From: Deltaproteobacteria bacterium TL4
GTDB taxonomy: Bacteria > SAR324 > NAC60-12
Length of the DNA: 64,000 nt
Reading direction: 5' to 3'
Assembly: GCA_051382335.1 (NCBI GenBank)
Contig: JBBCAX010000202.1
Location: forward strand, 1 to 64,000
The position numbers and the translations under genes were made by a program. Under the pieces are notes generated by a model. The model was not told where the DNA came from. It made no database searches and saw only the letters and a list, made by a program, of their open reading frames with translations. How positions within the stretch are numbered: position 1 is the stretch's first letter; the number at the start of each line of letters is the position of its first letter. Positions 10,798-19,391 of the stretch are shown here, piece by piece.

Positions 10798-12355
10798 AAA
10801 GTTGAGTTATTTCAAAAGCAAGTTCAAAACTTAGCTTTGTTTCAGTATCAGAAACATTGGTAACTTCAAAAGGTTTCGCCTCCCAATTTTGATATAATGG
10901 TGATTGTTTCAGAGCATCATAAAACCTTTCGAAATGTTGTCTTGCTGTAGTGGCACTACCTTCAACAAGCACCTCACCCTGAAGAATCCCCACCCATTTT
11001 TTCTTTTGCTTGTCATAGTACGACTCCACGGTAGTCAAACGAACTTTGGGAGGAATGATCTGACTGAGTTTTTTAAACGCATACTCCGTCATCAAGTAGG
11101 GTCGGAAAGCCTCGCGATTGATCATTGTCAGACCATCGAAAAACAAATTACGAATTCGGTTTTCCTCCTGGAGTCGAATAAGTGTCGTTTGTTCTTGCGC
11201 AATTTGATTAAGCATCTCCACAATTTCCTCTTCCACAGAAGAATGCTGTGCCACGAACCCTGTGAACAGCGCGCCGCAAAGTAAGGTTAAAACGATGAGG
11301 ATAGGCCCTAAAACAAAGCGGAAGCGCTGAAAAATAGTTGGAGAAGGAATAAAATTGATTTTATCCTCAAAAGCATTTCCTAAAGCAACACCCAAGCCCC
11401 CACTAAAGACGCCCATATTTTGCTGAAAGACCTCGCTGTTTTCGAACTCAGAAATTTTGACTTCTGCGATTTCGTTGTAGGGCGTGATCTCAACGTTTTC
11501 AACTCTCAAGTTTTGCAACAACCCTCTAGGCGTTTCCTGTCCACACATAATGATTCGTTTCAATTCATATTCTCTGAAATTTTGCTGAAAATATTGAATT
11601 GAGCGGGCAACTTCCGTTGAAATACGATGTTGTTCTTGTTGAGTTAATTCCAGCCCTGGAGCGTCAAGTTCGTCAACCGAAGTATCTTTCTTGGTAATAT
11701 AGAATTCACGGGAGAACAAAAACCATCCCTGCTGCATAAAACAAACTGTATTCATGCCTTTTGCCACATAGACATACGCATCAACATTACGGCTTAAAGG
11801 ATTATGGACATCGGGGGTCCCCTGGCGGTTTAAAAAAGCATTCTGATACGCATTCATCGGCGCAATCAGTCGGGGTTTCAAACCTGCCCTGAGTAAAAAA
11901 TCCTCATACGTTTCCACATGCTCTCTTTCTACAGAGCTGAGTAAAAACTCTACGCGTTCTTGACGTTTTTTATTCAGAAACGTTTGGATTTGTCTCACGT
12001 CATAGTACAGCTTATTTGCAGGTTTACCGTGGTTTTTTTCAACCTTGAGATGCGACAGTTTTTTTACGTCACCGGCATTTAACAAGACAAGTCGCTCAAA
12101 TTTAGCTTCGTCTGTCATAAACGTGGCATAAGCGATATGGGACTTGAAACCGTGTTCTTTCAACCGTTTACCAAACTGTACGGCGGCTTCCGCATCGGCT
12201 CCTTCCTGAGTGAAATAAAGAAAATTATAGACCATAAGCCCCTCATTTTCCATTCCAACCTCAACAGCATAGTAATGCTTATCCATCTTGTTGATACAAA
12301 CAACCCGCTTGGCCACTAAAGTTTTAGGAATATTGTCCCCAACTTCTTGAGTCAT
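10784..12355 (-). CDS. PilM-PilN fusion (MshI/GspL-like)
   Basis: actin-like PilM region (EVARSIQYF, IIMCG), then the PilN signature KINFIP, a TM helix and a periplasmic domain. Confidence 0.75.
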   Translation of the reverse strand: MTQEVGDNIPKTLVAKRVVCINKMDKHYYAVEVGMENEGLMVYNFLYFTQEGADAEAAVQFGKRLKEHGFKSHIAYATFMTDEAKFERLVLLNAGDVKKLSHLKVEKNHGKPANKLYYDVRQIQTFLNKKRQERVEFLLSSVEREHVETYEDFLLRAGLKPRLIAPMNAYQNAFLNRQGTPDVHNPLSRNVDAYVYVAKGMNTVCFMQQGWFLFSREFYITKKDTSVDELDAPGLELTQQEQHRISTEVARSIQYFQQNFREYELKRIIMCGQETPRGLLQNLRVENVEITPYNEIAEVKISEFENSEVFQQNMGVFSGGLGVALGNAFEDKINFIPSPTIFQRFRFVLGPILIVLTLLCGALFTGFVAQHSSVEEEIVEMLNQIAQEQTTLIRLQEENRIRNLFFDGLTMINREAFRPYLMTEYAFKKLSQIIPPKVRLTTVESYYDKQKKKWVGILQGEVLVEGSATTARQHFERFYDALKQSPLYQNWEAKPFEVTNVSDTETKLSFELAFEITQLFESS

Positions 12356-12448
12356 GCTTTCTCTACATCGTTATTCAACATCACCCTAAAAAACAAGTAA
12401 CAGAATCACCAATTCACGCCTTGCTCTTAGATGATGTGAGTTCAAAAA

Positions 12449-13648
12449 TCAGGCAACCGCTTCGATCATACCAAACATTGGAAGCATAATTGCCATGGCT
12501 ACAACAATTAACAAACCGGCCATGATAAGCATCATGATCGGTTGGAACCCAGCTAATGCCGATTCAATCGCTTCAGGCACTTCTTTATCATAATACTCTG
12601 CCACTTTGTCTAACGACTTTTCAATGGCACCTGTTGTTTCTCCCAAGTTAATCATCCGCAAAACCAAACCCGGGAAAGCATTTGTTTGTTTAAAAGACTC
12701 AGACATGGTTTTTCCATTCATGATATCCTGTCTTGCTGTCATAATGGATCGTTCAAGAGATTTATTTTGAACAACCTCCGATACAATTTCCAGGGTTCGA
12801 ACCAAGTCGACTCCACTCGCGGAGAGCATCTTCCAAAAATGAGCAAATCGGGACATGGAGACTTTCAAATTAAGCGGACCGAATAGAGGCATGTTGATTT
12901 TGAGTTGATCCAGGCGAAGTCTTCCCCCTTCTGTGGAGGCTACATACTTAAAAAGGGCGATGGTGCCGACAACAAAAATAATGATTAAAGCCCAATAGTC
13001 TTTAAAAAAGTCGGACAAGGCTAATAAAAACCTTGTGGGTCCTGGCAATTGCTTTCCGGAAGACGCAAACAAATCGCTGAAGTTTGGAACAACCACTGTG
13101 ACCACCAAGACCATGAGCCCGGTTAGCATCAACAACATCGTAATGGGGAACCTCATGGCTTTGGACATTTGCTTTTTCAAATCCTTTTCCCATTCCAACA
13201 AAGTCACAAGGTCTTGAAACACCACATCTAATTGACCGCTCTCTTCTCCTGTCCGGATGATCACCCGGTACACATCATTAAAGTAGTTTGGATAAAGGCT
13301 TAATGAGTCTGCCAGCGTATTCCCAGCCTTCACGTTCGTTTTAATGTTGTAGAGTACTTTTTTAAAGTGAGAAGGTTCGAGTTCCTCCAATAAATCGTCA
13401 ACAATCTCAAGTAAAGGTAACCCCGAGGGAAGACCTGTTGCCATCTGAATTGTAAATAACAAAGTGTCATCACGATTACCAAACAAATTTTCAAGAAAAC
13501 CACCTGCAGTCGATTGTTCCGTCGCATCAAGCAGAAGCAAATCCTCTTTGTCCAGGATCTCTTCTAGAGCCTCAAGATCTGCGCAAACAACGGTTCCATT
13601 AATGGTTTCTCCACTTTCATTTTTTGCTTTATATTCATAAATTGGCAT
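12449..13648 (-). CDS. type II secretion/type IV pilus platform protein (PilC/GspF/MshG family)
   Basis: MPIYEYKA start; two T2SSF repeats with GEESGQL and GETTGAI. Confidence 0.95.
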   Translation of the reverse strand: MPIYEYKAKNESGETINGTVVCADLEALEEILDKEDLLLLDATEQSTAGGFLENLFGNRDDTLLFTIQMATGLPSGLPLLEIVDDLLEELEPSHFKKVLYNIKTNVKAGNTLADSLSLYPNYFNDVYRVIIRTGEESGQLDVVFQDLVTLLEWEKDLKKQMSKAMRFPITMLLMLTGLMVLVVTVVVPNFSDLFASSGKQLPGPTRFLLALSDFFKDYWALIIIFVVGTIALFKYVASTEGGRLRLDQLKINMPLFGPLNLKVSMSRFAHFWKMLSASGVDLVRTLEIVSEVVQNKSLERSIMTARQDIMNGKTMSESFKQTNAFPGLVLRMINLGETTGAIEKSLDKVAEYYDKEVPEAIESALAGFQPIMMLIMAGLLIVVAMAIMLPMFGMIEAVA

Positions 13649-13686
13649 GACTCATTCCCTCTACCTAATGGTTTTTGGTGACCAGA

Positions 13687-15387
13687 CTAAATACCTTGAA
13701 CATCAATTCGTTTTTGCCATAAGCCACTACGTTCCAGCTCTGAAACCGATAAATAGCCCGCACAACATTTCCTCAACGCATCTCCACGTAGATTAACCAT
13801 TCCATTTTTCACAGCGACCTTTTCAATGGTTCCACTGTCTGCACCATCAACAACGAGCTGACGTATCTCATCATCAACAACCAGTAGTTCAATAATGGCC
13901 ACCCGCCCCTTTCCTCCTGTGCCTTTACAGGCTTCACAACCTTGGCCTTTATAAAAGGTCGCTTGTTCTGGAGTGAGACCCATTTCTTCCAAAATCTGCA
14001 GATGGGAGTCTGTTAAATTTCTGTCAGGAGTTTTGCATGATTTACAAACTCGCCGGATCAGACGTTGAGCAACAACGCCGATAATGGCGGAAGACACCAG
14101 AAAGGGTTCTGTTCCCATATCCGCCAAACGGGGAAAAGCCCCTGAAGCCTCATTCGTGTGAAGTGTGCTTAACACAAGGTGTCCTGTCAAGGCAGCTTGA
14201 ATTGCAATGCCTGCCGTTTCTCCATCCCGCATTTCTCCAACCATAATCACATCAGGGTCCTGACGCATTAACGCACGCAATCCCGAAGCAAAACTCAATC
14301 CTGCTTTTTCGTTGACTTGTGCTTGACAAATTAAAGGCAGACTATACTCCACAGGATCTTCCAGCGTCATAATGTTCTTATCCAGGGTGTTGATATAGGA
14401 CACCCCAGAGTACAGCGTTGTACTTTTTCCAGAACCCGTAGGTCCTGTAACCAGGACGACCCCATAAGGTCTATTCAGGATTTGCTGGAAAATCGGCAAA
14501 ATATCGGGCATAAACCCCAAATCGGTTAAGCCAATTTGCAAAGCACTGGAGTCCAGTACCCGCATGACCATCTTTTCTCCATCCACCACTGGATAACTGG
14601 AAAAGCGCAAAGAAATTTCCTTAGATCCGTAAGTAAAACTCAAGTTACCGTCTTGAGGTGCCCTTGTGATGGAAATATCGAGGTTTGCCGTAATCTTTAA
14701 ACGGGTTGTCATTGCTGCCTGAAGCGTTTTGGGTAAAACAGGGCCTGGTTGTAATGCTCCGTCAATACGGTACCGAGTTCGTACAATGGTTTGCGTGGGT
14801 TCGATATGAATATCAGTAGCGCCGTTTTTGATGGCATATCTTAAGAGATAATTCACCAAATTCGCGATTCCCCCCTCACCCGTCGGATCCTTTTGGGACC
14901 CTAATGCGGCTTCTGCCGCAACAATCAGTTCGTCTAAGGCAACTTCTTGCTCACCAGCTCTGGAGTAACATCGATCCAGGGCCGTCAGGACATCCGATTC
15001 CGTTGCCTGGACGACATCAATATACCGCCCCGTCATGCGTTGCAACTCATCAATGGTCTCAATGTCAAATGAGTTGGCCATTGCGACAAGAAACATGTCT
15101 TGCCCTAAGCTCATAGGAACAACCAGTTTGTCCCGAGCAAATTTTTCTGGAATCATCTTCACAGCTTCTTCAGGAAACTCTGCGACTTTAATATCAATGA
15201 ATGTTCCACCAGACTGACTTGCCAGAACCTCAGAAAGATCCGCTTCTTGGACAAATCCGTGTTGAATTAAGATTTCCCCAAGTAACTTTCCTGTTCTCCG
15301 CTGCTCACGCAGGGAAATGCCTAATTGCTCCTCGTTAATCAAACCACGATCAAGGAGATGGTCTCCAAGTGATTTGCCCTTTGCCAT
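13687..15387 (-). CDS. type IV filament assembly ATPase (PilB/GspE/MshE) with N-terminal MshEN domain
   Basis: Walker A GPTGSGKST, EDPVE, RQDPDVIMVGEMRD, STLHTN, tetracysteine motif; LGxxLxxxG repeats at the N-terminus. Confidence 0.96.
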   Translation of the reverse strand: MAKGKSLGDHLLDRGLINEEQLGISLREQRRTGKLLGEILIQHGFVQEADLSEVLASQSGGTFIDIKVAEFPEEAVKMIPEKFARDKLVVPMSLGQDMFLVAMANSFDIETIDELQRMTGRYIDVVQATESDVLTALDRCYSRAGEQEVALDELIVAAEAALGSQKDPTGEGGIANLVNYLLRYAIKNGATDIHIEPTQTIVRTRYRIDGALQPGPVLPKTLQAAMTTRLKITANLDISITRAPQDGNLSFTYGSKEISLRFSSYPVVDGEKMVMRVLDSSALQIGLTDLGFMPDILPIFQQILNRPYGVVLVTGPTGSGKSTTLYSGVSYINTLDKNIMTLEDPVEYSLPLICQAQVNEKAGLSFASGLRALMRQDPDVIMVGEMRDGETAGIAIQAALTGHLVLSTLHTNEASGAFPRLADMGTEPFLVSSAIIGVVAQRLIRRVCKSCKTPDRNLTDSHLQILEEMGLTPEQATFYKGQGCEACKGTGGKGRVAIIELLVVDDEIRQLVVDGADSGTIEKVAVKNGMVNLRGDALRKCCAGYLSVSELERSGLWQKRIDVQGI

Positions 15388-15479
15388 GGGATACTCCTTC
15401 TATTGATTATTTTTCTCTATTTTTTAAGTTCAGACAAATCGTCTACGAACTTATTCGTGTCTATCTATTTTCATATAGT

Positions 15480-15571
15480 TGTCCAGATAAATTTCTGCTG
15501 GGAGCGCAGGCGTCCCGCCTGCTTTTGCGGGCAAGAGGCCCGCGCTCCCAGGGAAAGAACTTTCCTGGACA
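15480..15571. repeat. REP/REPIN-like nested inverted repeat
   Basis: ctgggagcgc (15498-15507) / gcgctcccag (15542-15551) enclosing two GC-rich hairpin arms; outer tgtccag / ctggaca. Confidence 0.7.
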
Positions 15572-15758
15572 GGAATATATCATGAATCGTTAAGTTTTCA
15601 CAGAGAGCGTCGCTGTAGCGAAAAACTAATGATTTCTGTGCTTTTTACACCCGCCCATTATCCCCTTTAACTAATGTCAACGGCAATGACAATAGAAACT
15701 TTTAAAATTTATGATTTACGCCACAAACTTGACGTTATTACCTATCGACAATGATTGC

Positions 15759-16400
15759 TTATTTCCAGGGTTGATATTGCAGGATCAACAAGAGTCCACC
15801 TTTTTGAACTGAGACAGAGACTGCTTTTGAAACGACCCGGTTTGAAACGCCGATAGGGGCATGTCCTGGCGTAAGATTTTGGTTGCAAAGAGGATACGCC
15901 AGCCCTTCCGTACTAATTCCAGACACCGAACCAAAAACGGGTAAAAGCGAAATTGTTGTCCCAACAGGCAAAATTCCCTGCCAGTGCTCCCATATAAAAT
16001 ACATTTGCTCTAACTTACTCCAAAGCACCATACGCAATTGAGACGAATAATGATACATTACTTCCAAATTGGCGATGAAATGATCATTTCGTTTTCCTGT
16101 CGCTCCCAATAAATGGACTTCGTTTATTTGGTGCTGCAAACAAAAACGAAGGGCTTTATCGGTATCTGTCGTTTGCTGCTCCTCCAGATGAATCAGGTTT
16201 TGAGGAGGGTGTTTTTTTCGAATAATCGAAGGCAGAGAGTCTAAATCTCCAATTATGTATTGTGGGTGCCAGCCATTTTGGTACATAAAGCGTGCGCCTC
16301 CATCGGCACAAATCGTCATGTCCACCTTTTTCCAAAGATATTTCACCAACCTTTTGGGGGGCGGCGTTCCATTACACACAATCATTGCGGATTTTTTCAT
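15759..16400 (-). CDS. thiN: thiamine diphosphokinase
   Basis: CADGG, IGDLDS, TDTDKAL, GATGKRNDH and GVSN motifs; homology starts at MKKSAMIVCNG. Confidence 0.92.
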   Translation of the reverse strand: MKKSAMIVCNGTPPPKRLVKYLWKKVDMTICADGGARFMYQNGWHPQYIIGDLDSLPSIIRKKHPPQNLIHLEEQQTTDTDKALRFCLQHQINEVHLLGATGKRNDHFIANLEVMYHYSSQLRMVLWSKLEQMYFIWEHWQGILPVGTTISLLPVFGSVSGISTEGLAYPLCNQNLTPGHAPIGVSNRVVSKAVSVSVQKGGLLLILQYQPWK

Positions 16401-17145
16401 GTCAATCACTTTCGGGAAATTATTCATCGTTTCCATTCCCATTGGTAACTTTGGAGATATGACACATCGTGCCATTGAAACGTTAGGACAAGTAGAACTT
16501 GTTGTCTGTGAAGAGTATAAGGAAGGAGCACGTCTACGAAAACAGTTAAACCTCAAGTGCTCCCTTGAATCTCTTAACGAACATAATGAGCAAGCACAGA
16601 TTCCTAAAATCATCCATCAATTAAAACAAGGACATTCGGTCGCGCTTGTTTCTGATTGTGGAACTCCGATTTTTGCGGATCCTGGGACTTTATTAACACA
16701 AACGTGCGTTGATGCTGGGATAACGATCGTTCCTATTCCAGGAGCTTCATCTCTCATGGCCGCACTGGTTTGCAGCGCCTTCTCCTTGAAAAATTTTTAT
16801 TATGCAGGGTTTCTCCCAAGGACGACCGAAGACCGTCGCGCAAAATTAACAGAGTTGAAACAAATACCGACGGTCTTGATTATTTACGAAGCGCCCTACC
16901 GTCTACTTCCTTTGCTCAAAGATACGGCGGCAGTGATGGGGGGGCAAACCCTTGCTGTGATTTGCACTCAACTCACCCTTCCTGATGAACAAGTCTATCG
17001 AGGAACGCTGAAACAACTCCTAACTACGTTTGAAACACAGCCTAAAAAATGTGAATTTGTACTTCTAGTCGACAACTCACCTGCCGTGTTGAACTTCCGT
17101 ATGTCGCGCACTAACACACAAAAGCACGCCAAAAAAGTGAAATAA
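16399..17145 (+). CDS. rsmI: 16S rRNA (cytidine1402-2'-O)-methyltransferase
   Basis: GKLFIVSIPIGN, VSDCGTPIFADPG, PIPGASS and YEAPYRL motifs. Confidence 0.93.
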   Translation: MSITFGKLFIVSIPIGNFGDMTHRAIETLGQVELVVCEEYKEGARLRKQLNLKCSLESLNEHNEQAQIPKIIHQLKQGHSVALVSDCGTPIFADPGTLLTQTCVDAGITIVPIPGASSLMAALVCSAFSLKNFYYAGFLPRTTEDRRAKLTELKQIPTVLIIYEAPYRLLPLLKDTAAVMGGQTLAVICTQLTLPDEQVYRGTLKQLLTTFETQPKKCEFVLLVDNSPAVLNFRMSRTNTQKHAKKVK

Positions 17146-17183
17146 GTTTGGTCATTTTTATTTGGGGTAGAAGGTTTCTGAAC

Positions 17184-17660
17184 TTACTCATTTGTCGGGG
17201 ATGTTGACGTTGAGTTGGAATCTTTAGAGGCGGGCCAATAATAAATATGTTCATTGGTACGAATTAAGCCCAATTCCTGTTTAGCAATGAGCTCGACATA
17301 CTCCACATTAGAGCGCAACGCTATTATTTCTTGAGTTAAGACTTGTTTTCGATTTTCTAACTGTTCAATTTCTGAATAAAGCTGTTGTTCCTTTTCTTTA
17401 ATTTTCGCTGTTTCCAGTAAACCATAGTTTCCCACAATTGAAATCAACACCATCACTCCGCCAAAAAACAGAAGCAATACCATTGCAATCAGTGCCCGCC
17501 ACTCTGCTTCTTCACGAGGAGTTGGAGGGGTCGCTTCTTTTTCGCTTGACGAAAACAGTGCGGACGAAAAGAGTGTTCGTTCCTGAGTTCTCAATTTTTG
17601 TTTTTCCGGGATGACCCGTTCTTGATGCAATAACACTTTTTTCTGCTTTAAATCCCGCAT
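17184..17660 (-). CDS. ftsB: septum formation initiator (FtsB/DivIC family)
   Basis: TM helix, GNYGL, coiled coil, YVELIAKQELGLIRTNE. Confidence 0.8.
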   Translation of the reverse strand: MRDLKQKKVLLHQERVIPEKQKLRTQERTLFSSALFSSSEKEATPPTPREEAEWRALIAMVLLLFFGGVMVLISIVGNYGLLETAKIKEKEQQLYSEIEQLENRKQVLTQEIIALRSNVEYVELIAKQELGLIRTNEHIYYWPASKDSNSTSTSPTNE

Positions 17661-17742
17661 GTTGACTCTTCATTCCCTGTTCCCCTCAAAACCCACATTC
17701 ATCTTTCAAGAAAAAATCATTTTTATGAAAGCGATGTGTTCC

Positions 17743-18909
17743 TCAATATTCAAAGCACCCTACCTCAGAGTCAATTATCAGCGTGTTGACTGCTGAGGTA
17801 CTTTTTTCACAGTATCCGATTTTACGAACCTCTACTTCAAAAGAGTCTGCAATTTTCTGGACAAAAGGAAAAAGAGACGCCTCCCCTATGATTTCCATTC
17901 GATGTCCCATATTGAAAACTTGATACATTTCTTTCCATGGGGTCGCTGAGACTTTTTGAATGGTTTCAAACAAAGGCGGTACTGGAAATAAATTATTTTT
18001 TACGTAGTGTATTTGCTCTCCGAAGCGAAGACATTTGGTTTGTCCTCCTCCTGAGCAATGAACTAAGCCTGAAACCAGTTCACGATGATTCTGTAACAAT
18101 TCTTTGATCAAGGGCGCATACGTCCTGGTAGGTGACAATAAAGCCTGTCCAATGGTGAGCGGCGTTCCCTGGAGGGGATCACTTAACCTGAACGGGCCAC
18201 TATAGACCAGCTCAGAGGGAATGTGGGGCGCATAACTTTCAGGATATTGTTGAGCATAATCATGATGAAGCAGATCATGACGAGCTGAAGTTAAGCCATT
18301 ACTTCCAATCCCGCTATTATACCGGGACTCGTAGGTTGTTTGCCCAAAACTGGCGAGGCCTATAATAATATCCCCTGGTTTGATCCTGTCATTCGCAATA
18401 ACCTGAGCTCTGGGCATTCGGACAGTCACCGTTGAATCCACAATTAATGTTCGAACCAAGTCTCCAACATCCGCAGTTTCTCCTCCAGTTGTCAGGAAGT
18501 GAACCCCCAAACTTGAAAGCCAGTGAGTCAGTTTTTCATAGGCACCAATCAAGGTTGCGATGACCTCACCTGGAATCAATTGACTATTCCTGCCAATTGT
18601 ATTGGATAGTAAAATGTTTTCATAGGCACCCACACAGAGCAGATCATCCAAATTCATCATAAGTGAGTCTTGAGCAATTCCTTCAAAAACAGATAGATCC
18701 CCTGTCTCCCTATAGTAAAGATAGGCCAGAGAAGATTTGGTGCCTGCACCATCAGCATGCATAATACAGCAATAGTTTTCATCATGCCCCAAAAAATCAG
18801 GGACAATTTTGCAAAAAGCTGTGGGAAATAACCCTTTGTCCACCTGATCAATGGCCGCATGCACGTCTTCTTTTTTTGCGGAAACTCCACGTGCTTGGTA
18901 ACGTTCCAT
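17743..18909 (-). CDS. purM: phosphoribosylformylglycinamidine cyclo-ligase (AIR synthase), long form
   Basis: Y..RGVS, HADGAGTK, GGETADV, SNGLT and VFNMG motifs. Confidence 0.92.
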   Translation of the reverse strand: MERYQARGVSAKKEDVHAAIDQVDKGLFPTAFCKIVPDFLGHDENYCCIMHADGAGTKSSLAYLYYRETGDLSVFEGIAQDSLMMNLDDLLCVGAYENILLSNTIGRNSQLIPGEVIATLIGAYEKLTHWLSSLGVHFLTTGGETADVGDLVRTLIVDSTVTVRMPRAQVIANDRIKPGDIIIGLASFGQTTYESRYNSGIGSNGLTSARHDLLHHDYAQQYPESYAPHIPSELVYSGPFRLSDPLQGTPLTIGQALLSPTRTYAPLIKELLQNHRELVSGLVHCSGGGQTKCLRFGEQIHYVKNNLFPVPPLFETIQKVSATPWKEMYQVFNMGHRMEIIGEASLFPFVQKIADSFEVEVRKIGYCEKSTSAVNTLIIDSEVGCFEY

Positions 18910-19010
18910 AAAGTCCTGTTTGAATTTAATATAAAATTACCGACTACCAACATCCGAAAAAACATGAGGTGTGGAAAAAATGAGGAAGGCGAAAGGATAA
19001 GTAAGCGATG

Positions 19011-19385
19011 TCACTTCTTAATTTTGTTGGTCGGAAGAGTGTGACACTCTCCTTCCAAAACAGCCCCTTCATGAATGACAATGCTTCCAGGAGGTATCAA
19101 AATACCCCCCCGAATTTTACCAGCTTGAAGCACTTCCAACTGATGATTGATGATCAGGTTTCCTTCAACGGAACCTCCAACGATAACCGTTTTTCCTTCC
19201 AGGGTTCCATGGACTGATCCTGATTGACCAATCAGAATTTCACTGTCCCCAACAATGCTTCCATCAATGTAACCATTGATATAAAGTGTTCCGCTGCATT
19301 GGACTTGTCCTTCTATCTTTAAATCTTCACCAAGATGACTTGGCCCTTTGATTACAGGTAATGAAGCGTATTTTTTAGCAGACAC
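19011..19385 (-). CDS. bactofilin (polymer-forming cytoskeletal protein)
   Basis: LKIEGQV..LYINGYIDGSI..ILIGQSGSVHG..VIVGGSVEGNL..IHEGAVLEGEC beta-helix pattern. Confidence 0.92.
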   Translation of the reverse strand: MSAKKYASLPVIKGPSHLGEDLKIEGQVQCSGTLYINGYIDGSIVGDSEILIGQSGSVHGTLEGKTVIVGGSVEGNLIINHQLEVLQAGKIRGGILIPPGSIVIHEGAVLEGECHTLPTNKIKK

Positions 19386-19391
19386 AAGTTC

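Noticed and set aside
15369..15593. Two short ORFs upstream of the ATPase
   Set aside because: They cross the GC-rich palindromic element (LGAQASRL-type translation); no RBS or family signal
16255..16613. Long 5' extensions of the thiN and rsmI ORFs in the track
   Set aside because: Each extension is the antisense of the other gene; family similarity begins at 16400 and 16399
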